A stretch of 64,000 bases of DNA, from NCBI GenBank assembly GCA_949927585.1, contig CATLFA010000002.1:25825-89824 (forward strand), given 5' to 3'. Positions 21,369 through 30,762 of the stretch are shown one piece after another. A program made the position numbers and the translations under genes. Every line of letters begins with the position of its first letter. The first letter of the stretch is position 1. The DNA comes from an uncultured Clostridiaceae bacterium (GTDB lineage: Bacteria; Bacillota; Clostridia; TANB77; CAG-508). The notes beneath the pieces were generated by a model, which was given only the letters and a program-made list of their open reading frames with translations, had not been told where the DNA came from and searched no databases.

Positions 21369-21549
21369 GATAGTCATTTTATTGTTTAGTTACTTTTAAA
21401 GGAATATTCATAATATATAAAAATAACACAAAAGCATTGAAACTTATGTAAATATATGTTATAGTATAGAAAGTAGAGAATAGATATCCTTTTTACATTA
21501 ATAATTAGCAACTAGAGTTAAATAAAATTATTTAAAGGAGGAAAAGAAT

Positions 21550-22068
21550 ATGGATGTATTTGAAAGACTTCAAGAATTAGCAGAGCTAAGGAAACAAATT
21601 TACCAGAAAGACAATGAATTAAGTAATGCTATATTCAACCAGTTTGTAGGACTACCATATGAATTAAAGGAAATAGAGGTAGACTATATTGAAAATAGTC
21701 AAAATAGTCATATAATAAAAGTATATTATCCAATTTTAAATGTACCAAAACATTTTAAAAAGGAAGCAGAAAAATTCTATCGGCTCTGTGACCCATATAA
21801 GAAGATAGTAGCACATGAATATATGTTAGTAAATGATAAAGGGCAAAAAGTAGAAATATTAGAGACAGTGGAATTTAAAAGACTTGTGATTAATCCAGAA
21901 GGAAAAGCAGAGAAAAAGAGGCCTTTATACTATATTCCTTTTGGAAAGATTGATTTTAGTATTAAGATGTCAGAGAAAACTTCTATGTTAAATAGGAGAA
22001 TAAATAATGAGCTATTAATCAAAGAAATTGAGAACTCTGAATCAGTACAAACATTTTTTATTATGTGA
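21550..22068 (+). CDS. Hypothetical protein (172 aa)
   Basis: RBS 'aaaggagg'; terminator at 22075-22105. Confidence 0.45.
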   Translation: MDVFERLQELAELRKQIYQKDNELSNAIFNQFVGLPYELKEIEVDYIENSQNSHIIKVYYPILNVPKHFKKEAEKFYRLCDPYKKIVAHEYMLVNDKGQKVEILETVEFKRLVINPEGKAEKKRPLYYIPFGKIDFSIKMSEKTSMLNRRINNELLIKEIENSESVQTFFIM

Positions 22069-22074
22069 TAAATA

Positions 22075-22105
22075 AACCACGGAAAATCAATTTTTTCGTG
22101 GTTTA
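22075..22105 (+). terminator. Rho-independent terminator 'aaaccacggaaaatcaattttttcgtggttt'
   Basis: Stem 'aaaccacgg/ccgtggttt' plus T-run. Confidence 0.75.
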
Positions 22106-22337
22106 TTTTTATTTAGCAATATTATTCTTTATAAATCGTCTAATAGTATTATACAAATGCTACTTAAACGCTTCAAAGTATATAGGTTTCTTATAAAAAA
22201 TATAATATAGAAGGAAGTATAAAAAGGAACTTTCATTTTTTTATTTATTATGATATATTAAAAATAAAGAAAAATATATATAACAGTTAATGCAAAGTTA
22301 AAAATAATTTAAATTAAATATAAAAGAAGGAGTAAAA

Positions 22338-22925
22338 ATGGAAGAACTAAAAATAGAATATGAATTTACCCTAAAGGATTTTGAAACAATGGAAAATATA
22401 GAACATTCATACTTCCTAAACGAAAATATAACAACAGCACAAGAAGTACAAAAATGGTACATAAAAAATAACTTAACTTGTATAGGAGTAAAAAACGATA
22501 ATAATGAAGTAATAGCAAGTATAAATATATTGCCAATAGAAAAGGGAGTATTTTATGATATATATGAAAATAAAATGAATGAAGCAGATTTAAAGTATAA
22601 TCAAATAGAAGAATATAGAAATAATAATTCATATTACATATATCTGTCATCTATATCAATTGATAAAAAATATAGAAACAACTATAAAGTAATAACAACT
22701 TTACTAAAAGGCTCAATAAATTTATTTAATACACTAATAAAAAGAAATATCAAAATAGAAAAAGTAATGGCAGATGCATGTACAATGCATGGAGAAAAAA
22801 TATGTAAGAAACTATTAAAAATGAATTTTATAACAAATACAAGCCATGATTCAAAAATATATTGTAAAGCTGGAGAAGTCTTTATAAATGAAATAAAAAA
22901 GTTAGCTTGTAAATATGGGAAATAA
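22338..22925 (+). CDS. Hypothetical protein (195 aa), possibly an acyltransferase-like fold
   Basis: RBS 'gaaggag'; stop overlaps the pdp start region. Confidence 0.35.
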   Translation: MEELKIEYEFTLKDFETMENIEHSYFLNENITTAQEVQKWYIKNNLTCIGVKNDNNEVIASINILPIEKGVFYDIYENKMNEADLKYNQIEEYRNNNSYYIYLSSISIDKKYRNNYKVITTLLKGSINLFNTLIKRNIKIEKVMADACTMHGEKICKKLLKMNFITNTSHDSKIYCKAGEVFINEIKKLACKYGK

Positions 22926-22938
22926 AGAGGTAAAACAA

Positions 22939-24237
22939 ATGAATATTTTAGAAATAATAGAGAAAAAAAGAGATAATAAAAAATTAAATAAAGAAGAAAT
23001 AGAATATTTCATAAAAGGCTATACAAATGGTGAAATATCCGATTACCAAGTAGCAGCACTAATAATGGCAATATATATTAATGGAATGGATGAAGAAGAA
23101 ATCACAAATATGACTTTAGCAATGGCATATTCAGGAGAAGTGTTAGATTTATCAGAATTAGGAACAGTAGTAGATAAACATTCAAGTGGAGGAGTAGGAG
23201 ATAAAATAACTTTAATATTAATGCCAATAATGGCAGCCTTGGGCGTAAATATTGCAAAAATGTCAGGAAGAAGTTTAGGCTTTACAGGTGGAACAGCAGA
23301 TAAACTAGAAGCAATACCAGGGTATAATATAAACTTATCAATAGAAGAATTTAAAGAAAATGTTAAGAAAATAGGAATAAGTTTAATTACTCAAACAGGA
23401 AATTTAGCACCAGCCGATAAAAAAATATATGCTTTAAGAGATTCTATTTCATGTACAAGTAGCATACCACTAATAGCTTCAAGTATAATGAGCAAAAAAA
23501 TAGCAGCAGGAGCAAATAAAATAGTATTAGATGTAACATGTGGAAGCGGGGCATTTATGAAAAATATAATTGATGCTAAAGAACTAGCAATACAAATGAA
23601 TAAAATAGGAAAGTTAGCAAACAAAGAAACAATATGTGTAATAACAAATATGGATGAACCTTTAGGATATGCAATAGGAAATAACCTAGAGATAATAGAA
23701 GCAGTAAATTCATTAAAAGGTCAGATGCCAAAAGATGTAGAAGAAGTAGTATTAGAATTAGGAGCCTATATGATAAAACTAGCAGGTAAGGGAGAAAATA
23801 TAGAAGAAAACAAAAATAAAATCAAAGACACAATAAAAACAGGTAAAGCTTTCCACAAATTTGCAGAACTTGTGGAAAATCAAGGTGGAGATATAACATA
23901 TATAGAAAATACAGAGAAATTTTCAAAAGCAAAATATGAGATAGAAATATTTAGCAGTAAAGAAGGATATATAAAAGAAATAAACGCAGAAGAAATAGGA
24001 AAACTAGCCTCTTACCTAGGAGCTGGAAGAACAAAGAAAGAAGACAAAATAGACTACACAGCAGGAATAATACTTAACAAAAAAGTAGGGGATAACGTAA
24101 AAACAAACGAAAAATTAGCAACACTATATACAAATAAAGAAAATTATGAGAAAGCAAAAGAAGAGTTAGAAAGAATTATAAAAATATCAAATGAAGCAGT
24201 AGAAAAAGAAAAAACAATATTAGAAATAATAAAATAA
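22939..24237 (+). CDS. pdp: Pyrimidine-nucleoside (thymidine) phosphorylase
   Basis: 'HSSGGVGDKITLILMPIMAALG', 'SGRSLGFTGGTADKLEAIPGY' glycosyltransferase family 3 signatures; RBS 'aagagg'. Confidence 0.9.
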   Translation: MNILEIIEKKRDNKKLNKEEIEYFIKGYTNGEISDYQVAALIMAIYINGMDEEEITNMTLAMAYSGEVLDLSELGTVVDKHSSGGVGDKITLILMPIMAALGVNIAKMSGRSLGFTGGTADKLEAIPGYNINLSIEEFKENVKKIGISLITQTGNLAPADKKIYALRDSISCTSSIPLIASSIMSKKIAAGANKIVLDVTCGSGAFMKNIIDAKELAIQMNKIGKLANKETICVITNMDEPLGYAIGNNLEIIEAVNSLKGQMPKDVEEVVLELGAYMIKLAGKGENIEENKNKIKDTIKTGKAFHKFAELVENQGGDITYIENTEKFSKAKYEIEIFSSKEGYIKEINAEEIGKLASYLGAGRTKKEDKIDYTAGIILNKKVGDNVKTNEKLATLYTNKENYEKAKEELERIIKISNEAVEKEKTILEIIK

Positions 24238-24239
24238 TA

Positions 24240-24581
24240 GAACAGTAGATTGGGGACGGAGCAATTATAATAGGAGCAATAATGATAGCATTTAGTGTAA
24301 CATCATTTTACACATACAAATCAAACGAAATAATATGGTCAGTATTTAGAATATATACATTTGCACAATATCCAGTCGAAATATACAACAAATTTATACG
24401 AATACTAATAACCTTCATATTCCCATTTGTATTTGCAACATACTACCCAACATTGAACTACTTAGAAATGGGAAATGGAGGGTTAATGTACTTATCACCA
24501 ATAGTAGCAATTATATTTTTAATAATAGCAGTGAAAATTTGGAACTGGGGGTTAAATAGGTATAGGAGTACAGGAAATTAA
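24240..24581 (+). pseudogene. Orphan 3' fragment of a polytopic membrane (ABC-2 permease-like) gene
   Basis: Frame opens directly after the pdp stop ('...GDGAIIIGAIMIAFSV...') with no plausible start or RBS; only C-terminal TM helices are present; a partial TTGGGGACGG unit sits at the junction (24249-24259). Confidence 0.35.
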
Positions 24582-24694
24582 GAGAAATAAAAGAATATAC
24601 TTGACTTTCATTATGAATTATGTTGATATAAAAATATAAAAGTAATATACAAAATTAGATTTAATTATTATTAAACTAAAGGAGGATACAACTT

Positions 24695-24913
24695 ATGTGG
24701 GAAAAGAAATTTTATACTTTAAGGGTGACAACGCAAACAGAAGAAGGTAAGGTAAAATCAGTTTATGAAATGTACAGAAAAATAAAATTTCGGTTCAACA
24801 AAGAAAAAAAGACTCTTAGGGCAGTTCTAATTGATTGCAAAGGTAACAAAACAATTGTAGAGAAAGTGAATGTAGAATCGGTAGAAAAATATCCATATAA
24901 TGGTATATTTTAA
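24695..24913 (+). CDS. Hypothetical small protein (72 aa)
   Basis: RBS 'aaaggagg'; terminator 24918-24948. Confidence 0.4.
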   Translation: MWEKKFYTLRVTTQTEEGKVKSVYEMYRKIKFRFNKEKKTLRAVLIDCKGNKTIVEKVNVESVEKYPYNGIF

Positions 24914-24917
24914 TATT

Positions 24918-24948
24918 AAAAAGGTGGTTTCGAATGAGACCACCTTTT
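24918..24948. terminator. Bidirectional terminator 'aaaaggtggtttcgaatgagaccaccttttt'
   Basis: Stem 'ggtggtt/gaccacc' shared by convergent genes. Confidence 0.7.
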
Positions 24949-25172
24949 TATAAACAAATATTTATATCATCATTAGTCAAATACCTATTCAAATTCTTAA
25001 CAGATATACCAGTATTAGCAGATAAAGCTTCTATCGATGCAGGCATTTCATTCTCAGCTAAAAAGTTTTTTAAGTTTAATTGGTCACAATTATCCTTAGG
25101 TACGCAATTAGGGCACACATTGTTTGAAGTAGTATAAAAAGCACCACAACGGCTACATTTATTTAATTCCAT
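24948..25172 (-). CDS. Hypothetical zinc-ribbon protein (74 aa)
   Basis: CxxC...CxxC ('CSRCGAF...CPNC') N-terminus; RBS 'aaggagg'. Confidence 0.45.
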   Translation of the reverse strand: MELNKCSRCGAFYTTSNNVCPNCVPKDNCDQLNLKNFLAENEMPASIEALSANTGISVKNLNRYLTNDDINICL

Positions 25173-25260
25173 AACTATATCCTCCTTGAAAATAGAATAT
25201 CATTTATATTTCGACTTTATTCTATCATATAGAATAGAAAAGAGCAAGTAGTTTTTTGTT

Positions 25261-25312
25261 CCCATTCCAATTAGGGACGTTTCCAATTGGGAAATCTGTC
25301 ACTAATTGGAAT
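25261..25312 (+). repeat. TTGGGAC-word element copy B (diverged: cccattccaattagggacgtt-tccaattgggaa-atctgtcactaattggaat)
   Basis: Same three-unit layout as copies A and C, with CCAATTGG palindromic variants. Confidence 0.55.
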
Positions 25313-25397
25313 TTATTTTTTACTATAAATCCTATATTATAAGTATCTTTTAATCATAGAAAATTTTAATAAATAATAAAAATAAACTAAAAAGTAC

Positions 25398-25444
25398 TTG
25401 ACAATTTATGAAAAAAGAATATAATAATGATAATCATTATCAAA
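25398..25444 (+). promoter_or_regulatory. Sigma-A-type promoter (TTGACA...TATAAT) overlapped by a Fur/PerR-box-like palindrome 'ataatgataatcattatca'
   Basis: 19-bp inverted repeat matching the classical Fur box GATAATGATAATCATTATC lies between -10 and the RBS of the Fur-family gene. Confidence 0.6.
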
Positions 25445-25461
25445 AAACAAAGGTGATAGTT

Positions 25462-25857
25462 ATGAAAAAATATAGTAAACAAAGAGAAGTAATTTTGGAA
25501 TCTTTAAAAATGAGAAGAGACCATCCAACAGTAGACATGTTATATGAAGACTTAAAATTACAAATGCCAAACATAGGAATTGCAACAATATATAGGAATG
25601 TATCAGAACTATGTGCTTGTGGGCAAATAAGAAAAATAAAGTGTGAAGATGGAATATACAGATATGATGGAAATGCAGAAAATCATATACATTTTGAATG
25701 TAATAACTGTCATAAAATTTTTGATATAGAGCTAGAAGAGAAAGAAAGCACAAAGATAAAAAAAGAATTACAAAATTTAGCAAACACAATTAATGCAGAA
25801 TTTGATAAGCAAGAAATAATGTTATCAGGTTTATGTGAAAAATGTAAAAAGCAATAA
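25462..25857 (+). CDS. perR: Fur-family transcriptional regulator (PerR-like, given the rubrerythrin neighbour)
   Basis: Winged-helix N-terminus, 'HFEC..C' and 'CEKC' metal-binding cysteines; RBS 'aaaggtga'. Confidence 0.8.
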   Translation: MKKYSKQREVILESLKMRRDHPTVDMLYEDLKLQMPNIGIATIYRNVSELCACGQIRKIKCEDGIYRYDGNAENHIHFECNNCHKIFDIELEEKESTKIKKELQNLANTINAEFDKQEIMLSGLCEKCKKQ

Positions 25858-25911
25858 ATGATTAAAAATAAAAATCATATTATTGAAAAATAAAATATAG
25901 GAGGTAAAATT

Positions 25912-26457
25912 ATGAAAGCATATGTATGTAAAATATGTGGTTATATTCACTTTGGGGAGGAGCTACCTGAAAAATGTCCACAATGTGGAGCACCAAAAGA
26001 AAAATTTGTATTAAAAGAAGAAACACAAGGAAATAATTACGTAGATGAACACGTAATAGGAGTAGCACAAGGTTTAGATGAAGAAGTAGTAAAAGGATTA
26101 AAAGAAAATTTTATGGGAGAATGCACAGAAGTAGGAATGTACTTAGCAATGAGCCGTCAAGCAGATAGAGAAGGATACCCAGAAATAGCAGAAGCCTTCA
26201 AAAGATATGCATTTGAAGAAGCAGAGCACGCAGCAAAATTTGCAGAATTATTAGGAGAAGTAGTATACCCAGACACAAAGAAAAATGTAATGCTAAGAGC
26301 AGAAGCAGAATGTGGAGCATGTATGGGTAAAAAAGAACTAGCAACAAGAGCAAAAGAATTAGGATATGATGCAATACACGACACAGTACACGAAATGTGC
26401 AAAGACGAAGCAAGACATGGAAAAGGATTTGAAGGATTATTAAAAAGATATTTCTAA
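25912..26457 (+). CDS. Reverse rubrerythrin (N-terminal rubredoxin-like domain plus ferritin-like diiron domain)
   Basis: 'CKICGYI...CPQCGAP' rubredoxin motif followed by ExxH diiron motifs ('EEAEHAAKF', 'EARHGKGF'). Confidence 0.85.
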   Translation: MKAYVCKICGYIHFGEELPEKCPQCGAPKEKFVLKEETQGNNYVDEHVIGVAQGLDEEVVKGLKENFMGECTEVGMYLAMSRQADREGYPEIAEAFKRYAFEEAEHAAKFAELLGEVVYPDTKKNVMLRAEAECGACMGKKELATRAKELGYDAIHDTVHEMCKDEARHGKGFEGLLKRYF

Positions 26458-26477
26458 TATAAAAAGTATATAGTAAA

Positions 26478-26506
26478 GTTAACCCCTCATAATTGAGGGG
26501 TTAACT
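26478..26506 (+). terminator. Terminator 'gttaacccctcataattgaggggttaac'
   Basis: 11-bp perfect stem, GC-rich, followed by T-rich sequence. Confidence 0.75.
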
Positions 26507-26589
26507 TGTATAATTTCTACATAATTTGCTATTGTAAAAAATAAAAAAATTTGTTATAATTACCAAGAATAAGAAAGAAGGAGAAAGTT

Positions 26590-28239
26590 ATGGATTATAA
26601 GGATTTAGCAAATTTAATATTTCCAGATTCAAAGGAAATTTCATATTATGAAGAAAAATATAAAAAAAGAGACCTACCAGAAGGAGCAATAGTAACAAGA
26701 TTTGCACCAAGCCCAACAGGTTTTGTACACTTAGGTTCACTATACCAAGTAGTAATAGCAAGAAAAATGGCTAAGCAAACAGGTGGGGTATTCTTTTTAA
26801 GAGTAGAAGATACAGACCAAAAAAGAGAAGTAGAAAATGGTGTAACAGGAATAATAGAATCTTTAAGAGATTTTGGTTTAACTCCTGATGAAGGTATGAT
26901 AAATGAAACAGAGGAAATAGGAGAATATGGACCATATAAACAATCATTAAGAAAAGACATCTACCAAGCATATGCTAAGCACTTATTGGAGCAAGGTAAG
27001 GCATACCCATGTTTTGCAAGTGCTGAAGAATTAGATGAAATGAGAGCAAAACAAGAAGCAGCAAAAATTCGCCCAGGTTATTATGGAGTATGGGCAAAAT
27101 ATAGAAACTTAACAGTAGAAGAGGCAGTGGAAAAAATAAAAAATGGAGAGCCATACATTATACGTTTAAAATCTCCAGGTAGAGAAGATAGAAAAATAAA
27201 ACATCATGATGTAATAAAAGGAAATGTAGATTTCCCAGAAAATGACCAAGATATAGTAATAATAAAAGCAGATGGACTACCAACATACCACTTTGCACAC
27301 GCAGTAGATGACCACCTAATGGGAACAACACATGTAATACGTGGAGATGAATGGCTATCATCAGTACCACTTCACTTACAATTATTCCAAATGTTAGAAT
27401 TTAAAGCACCAAAATATGCACACATAGCACCAATAATGAAGGAAGACGAAGGAGGAAAACGTAAGCTAAGCAAACGTAAAGACCCAGAAGCAGCAGTAAG
27501 TTACTATACGCAAATAGGTGTGCCAAAAGAAGCTGTAACAGAATACTTGCTAAATATAGCAAACTCAAACTTCGAGCTATGGAGAAAACAAAATTCAGAT
27601 GCTTCTATAGATGAATTCGAACTACAACTAAATAAAATGAGTGTAAGTGGAGCACTATTTGACATAGTAAAAATATTAGATATAGCAAAAACAGTAATAT
27701 CAAAATATACAGCTGATAGCATATATGAAGAAGCCACTAATTGGGCAAAAACATATGACGAAGAACTATATAAGCTATTGCAAGACAAAGAATATGCCCT
27801 AAAAGTATTTGGAATAGAAAGAGGCAACGCAAAACCAAGAAAAGACATAGCAAAATGGTCAGATGTAAAAGAAAATATAGAATATATGTATGATGAAGAA
27901 TTCTATAAAAAAGAAAGAACATACGAATATCAAAAAGTAACAGACAAAGAACTAATAAATAAAATAATAACATTATACATGGAAAAATACTATAACGAAA
28001 ACGACGATAAACAAACATGGTTTGACAAAATAAAAGACTTAGCCGAAGAAGTAGGTTTCGCAAGAGAAGTAAAAGAATGGAAAAAAGAACCAGAGAAATG
28101 GCCAGGCCACGTAGGAGATATAAGCACAGTATTAAGAGTAGCCCTAACCTCAAAAGCAAATACACCAGACATGTACGAAATAATGGAAGTGTTAGGAAAG
28201 ACACGAATATTCAAACGTTTTGAAGAAGCAATGAAATAA
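26590..28239 (+). CDS. gltX: Glutamate--tRNA ligase family class I aminoacyl-tRNA synthetase
   Basis: 'RFAPSPTGFVHLG' (HIGH region) and 'KLSKRK' (KMSKS); GluRS/GlnRS-type catalytic core. Presence of gatCAB in the window is consistent with a non-discriminating GluRS. Confidence 0.7.
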   Translation: MDYKDLANLIFPDSKEISYYEEKYKKRDLPEGAIVTRFAPSPTGFVHLGSLYQVVIARKMAKQTGGVFFLRVEDTDQKREVENGVTGIIESLRDFGLTPDEGMINETEEIGEYGPYKQSLRKDIYQAYAKHLLEQGKAYPCFASAEELDEMRAKQEAAKIRPGYYGVWAKYRNLTVEEAVEKIKNGEPYIIRLKSPGREDRKIKHHDVIKGNVDFPENDQDIVIIKADGLPTYHFAHAVDDHLMGTTHVIRGDEWLSSVPLHLQLFQMLEFKAPKYAHIAPIMKEDEGGKRKLSKRKDPEAAVSYYTQIGVPKEAVTEYLLNIANSNFELWRKQNSDASIDEFELQLNKMSVSGALFDIVKILDIAKTVISKYTADSIYEEATNWAKTYDEELYKLLQDKEYALKVFGIERGNAKPRKDIAKWSDVKENIEYMYDEEFYKKERTYEYQKVTDKELINKIITLYMEKYYNENDDKQTWFDKIKDLAEEVGFAREVKEWKKEPEKWPGHVGDISTVLRVALTSKANTPDMYEIMEVLGKTRIFKRFEEAMK

Positions 28240-28240
28240 G

Positions 28241-28330
28241 AAGTTGGAAGTTGGAAATTGGAGATTTAGAGTAAATACTTCAAAGAATTTACTTCAAGTC
28301 CGACCTCTAACTTCTAACCTCCAAAATAGA
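28241..28330. repeat. Palindromic intergenic repeat: heptad arm 'gaagttggaagttggaaattggagatttagag', core 'gtaaatacttcaaagaatttac', complementary arm 'ctctaacttctaacctccaaaat'
   Basis: Arms are reverse complements built from AGTTGGA/TCCAACT heptads; the core matches the 53942-54048 copy. Confidence 0.65.
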
Positions 28331-28340
28331 GGTGAAAAAT

Positions 28341-28535
28341 ATGGAATATAATATAGGAGATATAGTAAGAACAAAAAAACAGCATCCATGTGGAAGTAAG
28401 CTATGGGAGATAATAAGAGTAGGTGTAGACTTTAAATTAAAATGTTTAGGATGTGGACATATAATAATGCTAGAAAGACCAAAAGCACTAAAAATGATAA
28501 CAAAAAAAATAGAAAAAAAAGAACAAGAGGACTAG
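28341..28535 (+). CDS. DUF951-like small protein
   Basis: 'GDIVRTKKQHPCGSKLWEIIRVGVDFKLKCLGCGHIIMLERPKA' with CGS...CxxCGH motif typical of DUF951. Confidence 0.55.
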   Translation: MEYNIGDIVRTKKQHPCGSKLWEIIRVGVDFKLKCLGCGHIIMLERPKALKMITKKIEKKEQED

Positions 28536-28556
28536 CCTCTCGTTCTTTTTTTAGTC

Positions 28557-29243
28557 TTATACCGCCTTAGGTGCAGATAAAGCCTGTTTATACTCAGACA
28601 TTTCCAATATACTTTTGAAGTAAAACTCACTGCTTTCAATATGCTTAATCTGAGTTTCTATTGCATACATCTGTTTTGCAATGTCTTGAGGATTGGAACA
28701 GTTGTCAGAGAATAACTTATTAAATAATGTATCATATTCTCTGTTTAACTTGCGAATCAGTTTGGAACATTTACGCATTTCGCGTTTAGCAACGTTCAAA
28801 ACTTTTTGGGCTTTTGACTTTCTTACCTTTACTTTGTTCAGGTGCCGATTTCTTACAACAGATTTTCTTCCTGCTCTTTCAGCGTAGATATCTATAGCAT
28901 CTTCGGAAGAACTCTGTATTCCAAGGAAATTATGACATGGATAAAGAGAACACATATTACAGTCAGGAAACATATAACAGAAATCATCATCGTAAGATTC
29001 TTCACTGTCATGATAGCAATCCTCAAAGAAGTCGTCTTCGTCAAAGTATCCGTCGGGTTCAGGATATCTGTTGAATTCCTCGAGTCGTCTTTTTTCTTCC
29101 TGCTCTCTCTGCCAATCACGCCAGTTTTCATCAGCATCGTAGGATTCTTCCATACGCTTATCTTCTAATTTCTCCTGAAACCGGTCCTGTCTTTTTTCCT
29201 CCTCCATATAGTTTTCATAATCTTTCATATTAAATTTTGTCAT
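28557..29243 (-). CDS. Hypothetical highly charged/acidic protein
   Basis: RBS 'aggagg' 9 nt before ATG 29243 (MTKFNMKDYENY...); Cys-rich central region; no family recognised. Confidence 0.45.
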   Translation of the reverse strand: MTKFNMKDYENYMEEEKRQDRFQEKLEDKRMEESYDADENWRDWQREQEEKRRLEEFNRYPEPDGYFDEDDFFEDCYHDSEESYDDDFCYMFPDCNMCSLYPCHNFLGIQSSSEDAIDIYAERAGRKSVVRNRHLNKVKVRKSKAQKVLNVAKREMRKCSKLIRKLNREYDTLFNKLFSDNCSNPQDIAKQMYAIETQIKHIESSEFYFKSILEMSEYKQALSAPKAV

Positions 29244-29389
29244 AGTATAAAACCTCCTGTAATGTAAAATGTAATTATACATACTACTAAATTAATGATT
29301 CATAATTATATTATACACTATAATCGACATAAAATCAAGTGATGATATAAAATTTTACAATAAATATATAAAAAACAAAGAATAGTATT

Positions 29390-29983
29390 CTATTCTTTGT
29401 TTTTTATATATTTCTCAATCTCCTCCCAAGCCTTTTGAGTATAAATTCTTCTCTCAGAAGAAAAAGGTATAAAGATTAAATCTTTTAATGGGTTTAATTG
29501 TTCTTGTAGTTCACACACTTGTGCATCTACCTTAGTAACAGCAATTTTATCAGCTTTACTTGTAATTATAATACAAGGTCTCTCACTATCAATTATATAT
29601 CTATACATTAACCTATCATTTTCAGAAGGGTTATGCCTAATATCAATTAAAAATACAATTAATGCTATATTTTTACTAGTATTCAAATATTGCTCTATAA
29701 AAGTGCCGACTTTAGCTTGTTCAACTTTAGACATTTTACTATAACCATAACCAGGTAAATCAACAAAATAGAACTTATTATCCATATTATAAAAATTAAT
29801 TTGTCTAGTTTTACCAGGTTCACTACTAGTTCTAGCAAGTTTTTTTCTATTAACCATAGTATTAATAAAAGAAGACTTACCAACATTAGACTTACCAACT
29901 AAAACAACTTGTGGTAAATTATCATCAGGGTATTGAGCTGGAGATACAGCAGATATTTTAAATTCAGGGTTTTTAATTAACAT
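29390..29983 (-). CDS. engB: Ribosome biogenesis GTP-binding protein YsxC/EngB
   Basis: G1 'GKSNVGKSS', G3 'DLPGYG', G4 'TKADK'. Confidence 0.9.
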   Translation of the reverse strand: MLIKNPEFKISAVSPAQYPDDNLPQVVLVGKSNVGKSSFINTMVNRKKLARTSSEPGKTRQINFYNMDNKFYFVDLPGYGYSKMSKVEQAKVGTFIEQYLNTSKNIALIVFLIDIRHNPSENDRLMYRYIIDSERPCIIITSKADKIAVTKVDAQVCELQEQLNPLKDLIFIPFSSERRIYTQKAWEEIEKYIKNKE

Positions 29984-29998
29984 ATGAAAATTCCTTTC

Positions 29999-30589
29999 TT
30001 AAAATTTTTTCTTTAATTTTAACACTTTATTAATATAGCAAGAGCCACAAAGTGATTCATATTCTATATTTTGTGTACCATCAATTACTACACTATCACC
30101 AACACTTGTAAATTCACCATTTACTTTTCTAGCATTAAACCTTGCTTTTTTACCACATCTACAAATAGTTGGCATTTCTTCTAAGGCATCTGATAATTCC
30201 AGTAATCGTATACTTCCTTGAAAGCCATTAGACTTAAAGTCTGTTCTTAAGCCAAACGCAATTACAGGAATATTATATAGTTTAGTTATATAATAGAGTT
30301 CATCAACTTGGCTTTTACTTAAAAATTGTGCTTCATCGACTAAAATACAATTTGTGATATCTAAGCAATTTCCAATTCTATCGAAAATACTATCATCTGG
30401 TGAGATTAAAGCATCAACATCTCTACTTAATCCTATTCGAGATACAACTTTCTCATTTCCTTTAGTATCTATAGATGGTTTTATTATTAATACTTTTTGA
30501 TTTCTTTCTTCATAGTTATATGCAGTTTGAAGCATAATAGTTGTTTTTCCTGCATTCATTGCACCATATCTAAAATGTAATTTTGCCAT
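29999..30589 (-). CDS. tdk: Thymidine kinase
   Basis: P-loop 'GAMNAGKTT', C-terminal zinc ribbon 'CRCGKKA...CGSC'; RBS 'gtgagga'. Confidence 0.9.
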   Translation of the reverse strand: MAKLHFRYGAMNAGKTTIMLQTAYNYEERNQKVLIIKPSIDTKGNEKVVSRIGLSRDVDALISPDDSIFDRIGNCLDITNCILVDEAQFLSKSQVDELYYITKLYNIPVIAFGLRTDFKSNGFQGSIRLLELSDALEEMPTICRCGKKARFNARKVNGEFTSVGDSVVIDGTQNIEYESLCGSCYINKVLKLKKKF

Positions 30590-30762
30590 ATTTAAGTTCC
30601 TCACTTTTTCATATTCTTAGGAAACTTACAACCATGGTAGGTAATTTTCCTAAGAATACAGTTATAAAAGAATTAGATTTTCTTATATGGTTTTGCCACT
30701 TAGAAAATTTTATTCTTGCTTTTTAATTATACATATAAAATTAATTTTAAAACTATAAGTTA

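Noticed and set aside
26460-26589. Possible T-box or other leader upstream of the GluRS-like gene and upstream of the AlaRS-like gene (14777-14914)
   Set aside because: No GGUGGNACCGCG T-box sequence or antiterminator/terminator pair is present. Only ordinary promoter-like hexamers and upstream terminators were seen.
30613-30658. Hairpin 'tattcttaggaaa...tttcctaagaata' between serS and tdk considered as a terminator or attenuator
   Set aside because: The stem is good, but on the transcribed (minus) strand it is not followed by a U-tract and it abuts the tdk RBS. Its function is ambiguous, so it is not called.
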